Positions 24,601 to 38,068 of a stretch of 64,000 bases of DNA are shown here, in pieces. Under the pieces are notes generated by a model that saw nothing but the letters and a program-made list of their open reading frames with translations, ran no database searches and was not told where the DNA came from. How positions within the stretch are numbered: the first letter of the stretch is position 1; every line of letters starts with the position of its first letter. This DNA comes from the human T2T-CHM13v2.0 reference genome, Homo sapiens. A program made the translations under genes and the position numbers. The stretch lies in the NCBI RefSeq assembly GCF_009914755.1, contig NC_060942.1; one strand, given 5' to 3'.

Positions 24601-27600
24601 GAATCTGCAAGTGGCTATTTGGCTAGATTTGAGGATTTCGTTGGAAACGGGATTACATATAAAAAGCAGTCAGCAGCATTCTCAGAAAGTTCTTTGTGAT
24701 GATTGCATTCAAGTCACAGAATTGAACATTCCCTTTCACAGAGCAGGTTTGAAACACTCTTTTTGTAGTGTGTGTAAGTGGACATTTGGAGCGCTTTCCG
24801 GCCTAAGGTGAAAAAGGAAATATCTTCCCATAAAAACTAGACAGAAGCATTCTCAGAAACTTACTCGTGATGTGTGTCCTCAACTAAAGGAGTAGAACCT
24901 TTCTTTTCATAGAGAAGTTTTGAAACGCTCTTTTTGTGGAATCTGCAAGTGGATATTTGGCTAGTTTTGAGGATTTCGTTGGAAGCGGGAATTCATACAA
25001 ATTGCAGACTGCAGCGTTCTGAGAAACATCTTTGTGATGTTTGTATTCAGGACACAGAGTTGAACATTCCCTATCATAGAGCAGGTTGGAATCACTCCTT
25101 TTGTAGTATCTGGAAGTGGACATTTGGAGCGCTTTCAGGCCTATGTTGGAAAAGGAAATATCTTCCCATAACAACTAGACAGAAGCATTCTCAGAAACTT
25201 ATTTGAGATGTGTGTACTCAACTAAGAGAATTGAACCACCGTTTTGAAGGAGCAGTTTTGAAACTCTCTTTTTCTGGAATCTGCAAGTGGATATTTGGCT
25301 AGCTTTGGGGATTTCGCTGGAAGCGGGAATACATATAAAAAGCACACAGCAGCGTTCTGAGAAACTGCTTTCTGATGTTTGCATTCAAGTCAAAAGTTGA
25401 ACACTCCCTTTCATAGAGCAGTCTTGAAACACCCCTTTTGTAGTATCTGGAACTGGACTTTTGGAGCGATTTCAGGGCTAAGGTGAAAAAGGAAATATCT
25501 TCCCATAAAAACTGGACAGAAGCATTCTCAGAAACTTGTTTATGCTGTATCTACTCAACTAACAAAGTTGAACCTTTCTTTTGATAGAGCAGTTTTGAAA
25601 TGGTCTTTTTGTGGAATCTGCAAGTGGATATTTGGCTAGTTTTGAGGATTTCGTTGGAAGCGGGAATTCATACAAATTGCAGACTGCAGCGTTCTGAGAA
25701 ACATCTTTGTGATGTTTGTATTCAGGACACAGAGTTGAACATTCCCTATCATAGAGCAGGTTGGAATCACTCCTTTTGTAGTATCTGGAAGTGGACATTT
25801 GGAGCGCTTTCAGGCCTATTTTGGAAAGGGAAATATCTTCCCGTAACAACTATGCAGAAGCATTCTCAGAAACTTGTTTGTGATGTGTGCCCTCTACTGA
25901 CAGAGTTGAACCTTTCTTTTCATAGAGCAGTTTTGAAACACTCTTTTTGTAGAATCTGCAAGAGGATATTTGCATAGCTTTGAGGATTTCGTGGGAAACG
26001 GGATTGTCTTCAGGTAAAATCTAGACAGAAGCATTCTCAGAAACTTCTTTGGGATGTTTGCATTCAAGTCACAGAGTAGAACATTCCCTTTGGTAGAGCA
26101 GGTTTGAAACACTCTTTTTGTAGTATCTGGAAGTGGACATTTGGAGCGCTTTCAGGCCCATGTTGGAAAAGGAAATATCTTCCCGTAACAACTAGGCAGA
26201 AGCATTCTCAGAAACTTATTTGAGATGTGTGTACTCAACTAAGAGAATTGAACCACCGTTTTGAAGGAGCAGTTTTGAAACACTCTTTTTCTGGAATCTG
26301 CAAGAGTATATTTGCCTAGCCTTGAGGATTTCGTTGGAAACGGGATTGTCTTCAGAGAAAATCTAGACAGAAGCATTCTCAGAAACTTCTTTGGGATGTT
26401 TGCATTCAAGTCACAGAGTAGAACATTCCCTTTGGTAGAGCAGGTTTGAAACACTCTTTTTTTAGTATATGGAAGTGGACATTTGGATCGCTTTCAGGCC
26501 TACGTTGGAAAAGGAAATATCTTCCCATAACAACTAGACAGAAGCATTCTCAGAAACTAGTTTCTGATGTGTGTCCTCAACTAACACAGTTGAACATTTC
26601 TTTAGACAGAACAGTTTTGAAACACTCTTTTTGTGGAATCTGCAAGTGGCTATTTGGCTAGATTTGAGGATTTCGTTGGAAACGGGATTACATATAAAAA
26701 GCAGTCAGCAGCATTCTCAGAAAGTTCTTTGTGATGATTGCATTCAAGTCACAGAATTGAACATTCCCTTTCACAGAGCAGGTTTGAAACACTCTTTTTG
26801 TAGTGTGTGTAAGTGGACATTTGGAGCACTTACCGGCCTAAGGTGAAAAAGGAAATATCTTCCCATAAAAACTAGACAGAAGCATTCTCAGAAACTTACT
26901 CGTGATGTGTGTCCTCAACTAAAGGAGTAGAACCTTTCTTTTCATAGAGAAGTTTTGAAACGCTCTTTTTGTGGAATCTGCAAGTGGATATTTGGCTAGT
27001 TTTGAGGATTTCGTTGGAAGCGGGAATTCATACAAATTGCAGACTGCAGCGTTCTGAGAAACATCTTTGTGATGTTTGTATTCAGGACACAGAGTTGAAC
27101 ATTCCCTATCATAGAGCAGGTTTGAATCACTCCTTTTGTAGTATCTGGAAGTGGACATTTGGAGCGCTTTCAGGCCTATGTTGGAAAAGGAAATATCTTC
27201 CCATAACAACTAGACAGAAGCATTCTCAGAAACTTATTTGAGATGTGTGTACTCAACTAAGAGAATTGAACCACCGTTTTGAAGGAGCAGTTTTGAAACT
27301 CTCTTTTTCTGGAATCTGCAAGTGGATATTTGGCTAGCTTTGGGGATTTCGCTGGAAGCGGGAATACATATAAAAAGCACACAGCAGCGTTCTGAGAAAC
27401 TGCTTTCTGATGTTTGCATTCAAGTCAAAAGTTGAACACTCCCTTTCATAGAGCAGTCTTGAAACACCCCTTTTGTAGTATCTGGAACTGGACTTTTGGA
27501 GCGATTTCAGGGCTAAGGTGAAAAAGGAAATATCTTCCCATAAAAACTGGACAGAAGCATTCTCAGAAACTTGTTTATGCTGTATCTACTCAACTAACAA

Positions 27601-28579
27601 AGTTGAACCTTTCTTTTGATAGAGCAGTTTTGAAACGGTCTTTTTGTGGAATCTGCAAGTGGATATTTGGCTAGTTTTGAGGATTTTGTTGGAAGCGGGA
27701 ATTCATACAAATTGCAGACTGCAGCGTTCTGAGAAACATCTTTGTGATGTTTGTATTCAGGACACAGAGTTGAACATTCCCTATCATAGAGCAGGTTGGA
27801 ATCACTCCTTTTGTAGTGTCTGGAAGTGGACATTTGGAGCGCTTTCAGGCCTATTTTGGAAAGGGAAATATCTTCCCGTAACAACTATGCAGAAGCATTC
27901 TCAGAAACTTGTTTGTGATGTGTGCCCTCTACTGACAGAGTTGAACCTTTCTTTTCATAGAGCAGTTTTGAAACACTCTTTTTGTAGAATCTGCAAGAGG
28001 ATATTTGCATAGCTTTGAGGATTTCGTGGGAAACGGGATTGTCTTCAGGTAAAATCTAGACAGAAGCATTCTCAGAAACTTCTTTGGGATGTTTGCATTC
28101 AAGTCACAGAGTAGAACATTCCCTTTGGTAGAGCAGGTTTGAAACACTCTTTTTGTAGTATCTGGAAGTGGACATTTGGAGCGCTTTCAGGCCCATGTTG
28201 GAAAGGGAAATATCTTCCCGTAACAACTAGGCAGAAGCATTCTCAGAAACTTATTTGAGATGTGTGTACTCAACTAAGAGAATTGAACCACCGTTTTGAA
28301 GGAGCAGTTTTGAAACACTCTTTTTCTGGAATCTGCAAGAGTATATTTGCCTAGCCTTGAGGATTTCATTGGAAACGGGATTGTCTTCAGAGAAAATCTA
28401 GACAGAAGCATTCTCAGAAACTTCTTTGGGATGTTTGCATTCAAGTCACAGAGTAGAACATTCCCTTTGGTAGAGCAGGTTTGAAACACTCTTTTTTTAG
28501 TATATGGAAGTGGACATTTGGATCGCTTTCAGGCCTACGTTGGAAAAGGAAATATCTTCCCATAACAACTAGACAGAAG

Positions 28580-31289
28580 CATTCTCAGAAACTAGTTTCT
28601 GATGTGTGTCCTCAACTAACACAGTTGAACATTTCTTTAGACAGAACAGTTTTGAAACACTCTTTTTGTGGAATCTGCAAGTGGCTATTTGGCTAGATTT
28701 GAGGATTTCGTTGGAAACGGGATTACATATAAAAAGCAGTCAGCAGCATTCTCAGAAAGTTCTTTGTGATGATTGCATTCAAGTCACAGAATTGAACATT
28801 CCCTTTCACAGAGCAGGTTTGAAACACTCTTTTTGTAGTGTGTGTAAGTGGACATTTGGAGCACTTACCGGCCTAAGGTGAAAAAGGAAATATCTTCCCA
28901 TAAAAACTAGACAGAAGCATTCTCAGAAACTTACTCGTGATGTGTGTCCTCAACTAAAGGAGTAGAACCTTTCTTTTCATAGAGAAGTTTTGAAACGCTC
29001 TTTTTGTGGAATCTGCAAGTGGATATTTGGCTAGTTTTGAGGATTTCGTTGGAAGCGGGAATTCATACAAATTGCAGACTGCAGCGTTCTGAGAAACATC
29101 TTTGTGATGTTTGTATTCAGGACACAGAGTTGAACATTCCCTATCATAGAGCAGGTTGGAATCACTCCTTTTGTAGTATCTGGAAGTGGACATTTGGAGC
29201 GCTTTCAGGCCTATGTTGGAAAAGGAAATATCTTCCCATAACAACTAGACAGAAGCATTCTCAGAAACTTATTTGAGATGTGTGTACTCAACTAAGAGAA
29301 TTGAACCACCGTTTTGAAGGAGCAGTTTTGAAACTCTCTTTTTCTGGAATCTGCAAGTGGATATTTGGCTAGCTTTGGGGATTTCGCTGGAAGCGGGAAT
29401 ACATATAAAAAGCACACAGCAGCGTTCGGAGAAACTGCTTTCTGATGTTTGCATTCAAGTCAAAAGTTGAACACTCCCTTTCATAGAGCAGTCTTGAAAC
29501 ACCCCTTTTGTAGTATCTGGAACTGGACTTTTGGAGCGATTTCAGGGCTAAGGTGAAAAAGGAAATATCTTCCCATAAAAACTGGACAGAAGCATTCTCA
29601 GAAACTTGTTTATGCTGTATCTACTCAACTAACAAAGTTGAACCTTTCTTTTGATAGAGCAGTTTTGAAATGGTCTTTTTGTGGAATCTGCAAGTGGATA
29701 TTTGGCTAGTTTTGAGGATTTCGTTGGAAGCGGGAATTCATACAAATTGCAGACTGCAGCGTTCTGAGAAACATCTTTGTGATGTTTGTATTCAGGACAC
29801 AGAGTTGAACATTCCCTATCATAGAGCAGGTTGGAATCACTCCTTTTGTAGTATCTGGAAGTGGACATTTGGAGCGCTTTCAGGCCTATGTTGGAAAAGG
29901 AAATATCTTCCCATAACAACTAGACAGAAGCATTCTCAGAAACTTATTTGAGATGTGTGTACTCAACTAAGAGAATTGAACCACCGTTTTGAAGGAGCAG
30001 TTTTGAAACTCTCTTTTTCTGGAATCTGCAAGTGGATATTTGGCTAGCTTTGGGGATTTCGCTGGAAGCGGGAATACATATAAAAAGCACACAGCAGCGT
30101 TCTGAGAAACTGCTTTCTGATGTTTGCATTCAAGTCAAAAGTTGAACACTCCCTTTCATAGAGCAGTCTTGAAACACCCGTTTTGTAGTATCTGGAACTG
30201 GACTTTTGGAGCGATTTCAGGGCTAAGGTGAAAAAGGAAATATCTTCCCATAAAAACTGGACAGAAGCATTCTCAGAAACTTGTTTATGCTGTATCTACT
30301 CAACTAACAAAGTTGAACCTTTCTTTTGATAGAGCAGTTTTGAAATGGTCTTTTTGTGGAATCTGCAAGTGGATATTTGGCTAGTTTTGAGGATTTCGTT
30401 GGAAGCGGGAATTCATACAAATTGCAGACTGCAGCGTTCTGAGAAACATCTTTGTGATGTTTGTATTCAGGACACAGAGTTGAACATTCCCTATCATAGA
30501 GCAGGTTGGAATCACTCCTTTTGTAGTATCTGGAAGTGGACATTTGGAGCGCTTTCAGGCCTATTTTGGAAAGGGAAATATCTTCCCGTAACAACTATGC
30601 AGAAGCATTCTCAGAAACTTGTTTGTGATGTGTGCCCTCTACTGACAGAGTTGAACCTTTCTTTTCATAGAGCAGTTTTGAAACACTCTTTTTGTAGAAT
30701 CTGCAAGAGGATATTTGCATAGCTTTGAGGATTTCGTGGGAAACGGGATTGTCTTCAGGTAAAATCTAGACAGAAGCATTCTCAGAAACTTCTTTGGGAT
30801 GTTTGCATTCAAGTCACAGAGTAGAACATTCCCTTTGGTAGAGCAGGTTTGAAACACTCTTTTTGTAGTATCTGGAAGTGGACATTTGGAGCGCTTTCAG
30901 GCCCATGTTGGAAAGGGAAATATCTTCCCGTAACAACTAGGCAGAAGCATTCTCAGAAACTTATTTGAGATGTGTGTACTCAACTAAGAGAATTGAACCA
31001 CCGTTTTGAAGGAGCAGTTTTGAAACACTCTTTTTCTGGAATCTGCAAGAGTATATTTGCCTAGCCTTGAGGATTTCGTTGGAAACGGGATTGTCTTCAG
31101 AGAAAATCTAGACAGAAGTATTCTCAGAAACTTCTTTGGGATGTTTGCATTCAAGTCACAGAGTAGAACATTCCCTTTGGTAGAGCAGGTTTGAAACACT
31201 CTTTTTGTAGTATCTGGAAGTGGACATTTGGAGCGCTTTCAGGCCTACGTTGGAAAAGGAAATATCTTCCCATAACAACTAGACAGAAG
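28580..31289 (+). repeat. 16-mer HOR variant (2710 bp)
   Basis: Anchor spacing 28606 to 31316; duplicated M5 ORFs at 29269 and 29944. Confidence 0.96.
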
Positions 31290-34200
31290 CATTCTCAGAA
31301 ACTAGTTTCTGATGTGTGTCCTCAACTAACACAGTTGAACATTTCTTTAGACAGAACAGTTTTGAAACACTCTTTTTGTGGAATCTGCAAGTGGCTATTT
31401 GGCTAGATTTGAGGATTTCGTTGGAAACGGGATTACATATAAAAAGCAGTCAGCAGCATTCTCAGAAAGTTCTTTGTGATGATTGCATTCAAGTCACAGA
31501 ATTGAACATTCCCTTTCACAGAGCAGGTTTGAAACACTCTTTTTGTAGTGTGTGTAAGTGGACATTTGGAGCACTTACCGGCCTAAGGTGAAAAAGGAAA
31601 TATCTTCCCATAAAAACTAGACAGAAGCATTCTCAGAAACTTACTCGTGATGTGTGTCCTCAACTAAAGGAGTAGAACCTTTCTTTTCATAGAGAAGTTT
31701 TGAAACGCTCTTTTTGTGGAATCTGCAAGTGGATATTTGGCTAGTTTTGAGGATTTCGTTGGAAGCGGGAATTCATACAAATTGCAGACTGCAGCGTTCT
31801 GAGAAACATCTTTGTGATGTTTGTATTCAGGACACAGAGTTGAACATTCCCTATCATAGAGCAGGTTTGAATCACTCCTTTTGTAGTATCTGGAAGTGGA
31901 CATTTGGAGCGCTTTCAGGCCTATGTTGGAAAAGGAAATATCTTCCCATAACAACTAGACAGAAGCATTCTCAGAAACTTATTTGAGATGTGTGTACTCA
32001 ACTAAGAGAATTGAACCACCGTTTTGAAGGAGCAGTTTTGAAACTCTCTTTTTCTGGAATCTGCAAGTGGATATTTGGCTAGCTTTGGGGATTTCGCTGG
32101 AAGCGGGAATACATATAAAAAGCACACAGCAGCGTTCTGAGAAACTGCTTTCTGATGTTTGCATTCAAGTCAAAAGTTGAACACTCCCTTTCATAGAGCA
32201 GTCTTGAAACACCCCTTTTGTAGTATCTGGAACTGGACTTTTGGAGCGATTTCAGGGCTAAGGTGAAAAAGGAAATATCTTCCCATAAAAACTGGACAGA
32301 AGCATTCTCAGAAACTTGGTTATGCTGTATCTACTCAACTAACAAAGTTGAACCTTTCTTTTGATAGAGCAGTTTTGAAATGGTCTTTTTGTGGAATCTG
32401 CAAGTGGATATTTGGCTAGTTTTGAGGATTTCGTTGGAAGCGGGAATTCATACAAATTGCAGACTGCAGCGTTCTGAGAAACATCTTTGTGATGTTTGTA
32501 TTCAGGACACAGAGTTGAACATTCCCTATCATAGAGCAGGTTGGAATCACTCCTTTTGTAGTATCTGGAAGTGGACATTTGGAGCGCTTTCAGGCCTATT
32601 TTGGAAAGGGAAATATCTTCCCGTAACAACTATGCAGAAGCATTCTCAGAAACTTGTTTGTGATGTGTGCCCTCTACTGACAGAGTTGAACCTTTCTTTT
32701 CATAGAGCAGTTTTGAAACACTCTTTTTGTAGAATCTGCAAGAGGATATTTGCATAGCTTTGAGGATTTCGTGGGAAACGGGATTGTCTTCAGGTAAAAT
32801 CTAGACAGAAGCATTCTCAGAAACTTCTTTGGGATGTTTGCATTCAAGTCACAGAGTAGAACATTCCCTTTGGTAGAGCAGGTTTGAAACACTCTTTTTG
32901 TAGTATCTGGAAGTGGACATTTGGAGCGCTTTCAGGCCCATGTTGGAAAGGGAAATATCTTCCCGTAACAACTAGGCAGAAGCATTCTCAGAAACTTATT
33001 TGAGATGTGTGTACTCAACTAAGAGAATTGAACCACCGTTTTGAAGGAGCAGTTTTGAAACACTCTTTTTCTGGAATCTGCAAGAGTATATTTGCCTAGC
33101 CTTGAGGATTTCGTTGGAAACGGGATTGTCTTCAGAGAAAATCTAGACAGAAGCATTCTCAGAAACTTCTTTGGGATGTTTGCATTCAAGTCACAGAGTA
33201 GAACATTCCCTTTGGTAGAGCAGGTTTGAAACACTCTTTTTTTAGTATATGGAAGTGGACATTTTGATCGCTTTCAGGCCTACGTTGGAAAAGGAAATAT
33301 CTTCCCATAACAACTAGACAGAAGCATTCTCAGAAACTAGTTTCTGATGTGTGTCCTCAACTAACACAGTTGAACATTTCTTTAGACAGAACAGTTTTGA
33401 AACACTCTTTTTGTGGAATCTGCAAGTGGCTATTTGGCTAGATTTGAGGATTTCGTTAGAAACGGGATTACATATAAAAAGCAGTCAGCAGCATTCTCAG
33501 AAAGTTCTTTGTGATGATTGCATTCAAGTCACAGAATTGAACATTCCCTTTCACAGAGCAGGTTTGAAACACTCTTTTTGTAGTGTGTGTAAGTGGACAT
33601 TTGGAGCACTTACCGGCCTAAGGTGAAAAAGGAAATATCTTCCCATAAAAACTAGACAGAAGCATTCTCAGAAACTTACTCGTGATGTGTGTCCTCAACT
33701 AAAGGAGTAGAACCTTTCTTTTCATAGAGAAGTTTTGAAACGCTCTTTTTGTGGAATCTGCAAGTGGATATTTGGCTAGTTTTGAGGATTTCGTTGGAAG
33801 CGGGAATTCATACAAATTGCAGACTGCAGCGTTCTGAGAAACATCTTTGTGATGTTTGTATTCAGGACACAGAGTTGAACATTCCCTATCATAGAGCAGG
33901 TTGGAATCACTCCTTTTGTAGTATCTGGAAGTGGACATTTGGAGCGCTTTCAGGCCTATGTTGGAAAAGGAAATATCTTCCCATAACAACTAGACAGAAG
34001 CATTCTCAGAAACTTATTTGAGATGTGTGTACTCAACTAAGAGAATTGAACCACCGTTTTGAAGGAGCAGTTTTGAAACTCTCTTTTTCTGGAATCTGCA
34101 AGTGGATATTTGGCTAGCTTTGGGGATTTCGCTGGAAGCGGGAATACATATAAAAAGCACACAGCAGCGTTCTGAGAAACTGCTTTCTGATGTTTGCATT

Positions 34201-35358
34201 CAAGTCAAAAGTTGAACACTCCCTTTCATAGAGCAGTCTTGAAACACCCCTTTTGTAGTATCTGGAACTGGACTTTTGGAGCGATTTCAGGGCTAAGGTG
34301 AAAAAGGAAATATCTTCCATAAAAACTGGACAGAAGCATTCTCAGAAACTTGTTTATGCTGTATCTACTCAACTAACAAAGTTGAACCTTTCTTTTGATA
34401 GAGCAGTTTTGAAACGGTCTTTTTGTGGAATCTGCAAGTGGATATTTGGCTAGTTTTGAGGATTTTGTTGGAAGCGGGAATTCATACAAATTGCAGACTG
34501 CAGCGTTCTGAGAAACATCTTTGTGATGTTTGTATTCAGGACACAGAGTTGAACATTCCCTATCATAGAGCAGGTTGGAATCACTCCTTTTGTAGTGTCT
34601 GGAAGTGGACATTTGGAGCGCTTTCAGGCCTATTTTGGAAAGGGAAATATCTTCCCGTAACAACTATGCAGAAGCATTCTCAGAAACTTGTTTGTGATGT
34701 GTGCCCTCTACTGACAGAGTTGAACCTTTCTTTTCATAGAGCAGTTTTGAAACACTCTTTTTGTAGAATCTGCAAGAGGATATTTGCATAGCTTTGAGGA
34801 TTTCGTGGGAAACGGGATTGTCTTCAGGTAAAATCTAGACAGAAGCATTCTCAGAAACTTCTTTGGGATGTTTGCATTCAAGTCACAGAGTAGAACATTC
34901 CCTTTGGTAGAGCAGGTTTGAAACACTCTTTTTGTAGTATCTGGAAGTGGACATTTGGAGCGCTTTCAGGCCCATGTTGGAAAGGGAAATATCTTCCCGT
35001 AACAACTAGGCAGAAGCATTCTCAGAAACTTATTTGAGATGTGTGTACTCAACTAAGAGAATTGAACCACCGTTTTGAAGGAGCAGTTTTGAAACACTCT
35101 TTTTCTGGAATCTGCAAGAGTATATTTGCCTAGCCTTGAGGATTTCATTGGAAACGGGATTGTCTTCAGAGAAAATCTAGACAGAAGCATTCTCAGAAAC
35201 TTCTTTGGGATGTTTGCATTCAAGTCACAGAGTAGAACATTCCCTTTGGTAGAGCAGGTTTGAAACACTCTTTTTTTAGTATATGGAAGTGGACATTTGG
35301 ATCGCTTTCAGGCCTACGTTGGAAAAGGAAATATCTTCCCATAACAACTAGACAGAAG
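31290..35358 (+). repeat. Two 12-mer HORs (2035 and 2034 bp)
   Basis: Anchors at 31316, 33351 and 35385. The second unit has a 1-bp deletion (TATCTTCCAT near 34317). Confidence 0.95.
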
Positions 35359-38068
35359 CATTCTCAGAAACTAGTTTCTGATGTGTGTCCTCAACTAACA
35401 CAGTTGAACATTTCTTTAGACAGAACAGTTTTGAAACACTCTTTTTGTGGAATCTGCAAGTGGCTATTTGGCTAGATTTGAGGATTTCGTTGGAAACGGG
35501 ATTACATATAAAAAGCAGTCAGCAGCATTCTCAGAAAGTTCTTTGTGATGATTGCATTCAAGTCACAGAATTGAACATTCCCTTTCACAGAGCAGGTTTG
35601 AAACACTCTTTTTGTAGTGTGTGTAAGTGGACATTTGGAGCACTTACCGGCCTAAGGTGAAAAAGGAAATATCTTCCCATAAAAACTAGACAGAAGCATT
35701 CTCAGAAACTTACTCGTGATGTGTGTCCTCAACTAAAGGAGTAGAACCTTTCTTTTCATAGAGAAGTTTTGAAACGCTCTTTTTGTGGAATCTGCAAGTG
35801 GATATTTGGCTAGTTTTGAGGATTTCGTTGGAAGCGGGAATTCATACAAATTGCAGACTGCAGCGTTCTGAGAAACATCTTTGTGATGTTTGTATTCAGG
35901 ACACAGAGTTGAACATTCCCTATCATAGAGCAGGTTGGAATCACTCCTTTTGTAGTATCTGGAAGTGGACATTTGGAGCGCTTTCAGGCCTATGTTGGAA
36001 AAGGAAATATCTTCCCATAACAACTAGACAGAAGCATTCTCAGAAACTTATTTGAGATGTGTGTACTCAACTAAGAGAATTGAACCACCGTTTTGAAGGA
36101 GCAGTTTTGAAACTCTCTTTTTCTGGAATCTGCAAGTGGATATTTGGCTAGCTTTGGGGATTTCGCTGGAAGCGGGAATACATATAAAAAGCACACAGCA
36201 GCGTTCGGAGAAACTGCTTTCTGATGTTTGCATTCAAGTCAAAAGTTGAACACTCCCTTTCATAGAGCAGTCTTGAAACACCCCTTTTGTAGTATCTGGA
36301 ACTGGACTTTTGGAGCGATTTCAGGGCTAAGGTGAAAAAGGAAATATCTTCCCATAAAAACTGGACAGAAGCATTCTCAGAAACTTGTTTATGCTGTATC
36401 TACTCAACTAACAAAGTTGAACCTTTCTTTTGATAGAGCAGTTTTGAAATGGTCTTTTTGTGGAATCTGCAAGTGGATATTTGGCTAGTTTTGAGGATTT
36501 CGTTGGAAGCGGGAATTCATACAAATTGCAGACTGCAGCGTTCTGAGAAACATCTTTGTGATGTTTGTATTCAGGACACAGAGTTGAACATTCCCTATCA
36601 TAGAGCAGGTTGGAATCACTCCTTTTGTAGTATCTGGAAGTGGACATTTGGAGCGCTTTCAGGCCTATGTTGGAAAAGGAAATATCTTCCCATAACAACT
36701 AGACAGAAGCATTCTCAGAAACTTATTTGAGATGTGTGTACTCAACTAAGAGAATTGAACCACCGTTTTGAAGGAGCAGTTTTGAAACTCTCTTTTTCTG
36801 GAATCTGCAAGTGGATATTTGGCTAGCTTTGGGGATTTCGCTGGAAGCGGGAATACATATAAAAAGCACACAGCAGCGTTCTGAGAAACTGCTTTCTGAT
36901 GTTTGCATTCAAGTCAAAAGTTGAACACTCCCTTTCATAGAGCAGTCTTGAAACACCCGTTTTGTAGTATCTGGAACTGGACTTTTGGAGCGATTTCAGG
37001 GCTAAGGTGAAAAAGGAAATATCTTCCCATAAAAACTGGACAGAAGCATTCTCAGAAACTTGTTTATGCTGTATCTACTCAACTAACAAAGTTGAACCTT
37101 TCTTTTGATAGAGCAGTTTTGAAATGGTCTTTTTGTGGAATCTGCAAGTGGATATTTGGCTAGTTTTGAGGATTTCGTTGGAAGCGGGAATTCATACAAA
37201 TTGCAGACTGCAGCGTTCTGAGAAACATCTTTGTGATGTTTGTATTCAGGACACAGAGTTGAACATTCCCTATCATAGAGCAGGTTGGAATCACTCCTTT
37301 TGTAGTATCTGGAAGTGGACATTTGGAGCGCTTTCAGGCCTATTTTGGAAAGGGAAATATCTTCCCGTAACAACTATGCAGAAGCATTCTCAGAAACTTG
37401 TTTGTGATGTGTGCCCTCTACTGACAGAGTTGAACCTTTCTTTTCATAGAGCAGTTTTGAAACACTCTTTTTGTAGAATCTGCAAGAGGATATTTGCATA
37501 GCTTTGAGGATTTCGTGGGAAACGGGATTGTCTTCAGGTAAAATCTAGACAGAAGCATTCTCAGAAACTTCTTTGGGATGTTTGCATTCAAGTCACAGAG
37601 TAGAACATTCCCTTTGGTAGAGCAGGTTTGAAACACTCTTTTTGTAGTATCTGGAAGTGGACATTTGGAGCGCTTTCAGGCCCATGTTGGAAAGGGAAAT
37701 ATCTTCCCGTAACAACTAGGCAGAAGCATTCTCAGAAACTTATTTGAGATGTGTGTACTCAACTAAGAGAATTGAACCACCGTTTTGAAGGAGCAGTTTT
37801 GAAACACTCTTTTTCTGGAATCTGCAAGAGTATATTTGCCTAGCCTTGAGGATTTCGTTGGAAACGGGATTGTCTTCAGAGAAAATCTAGACAGAAGTAT
37901 TCTCAGAAACTTCTTTGGGATGTTTGCATTCAAGTCACAGAGTAGAACATTCCCTTTGGTAGAGCAGGTTTGAAACACTCTTTTTGTAGTATCTGGAAGT
38001 GGACATTTGGAGCGCTTTCAGGCCTACGTTGGAAAAGGAAATATCTTCCCATAACAACTAGACAGAAG
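35359..38068 (+). repeat. 16-mer HOR variant (2710 bp)
   Basis: Anchor spacing 35385 to 38095; duplicated M5 ORFs at 36048 and 36723. Confidence 0.96.

Larger units (their letters stand above)
10265..28579 (+). repeat. Run of nine canonical 12-mer HORs
   Basis: The anchor ORF occurs from 10291 to 28606 at exact 2035-bp spacing. Confidence 0.97.
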
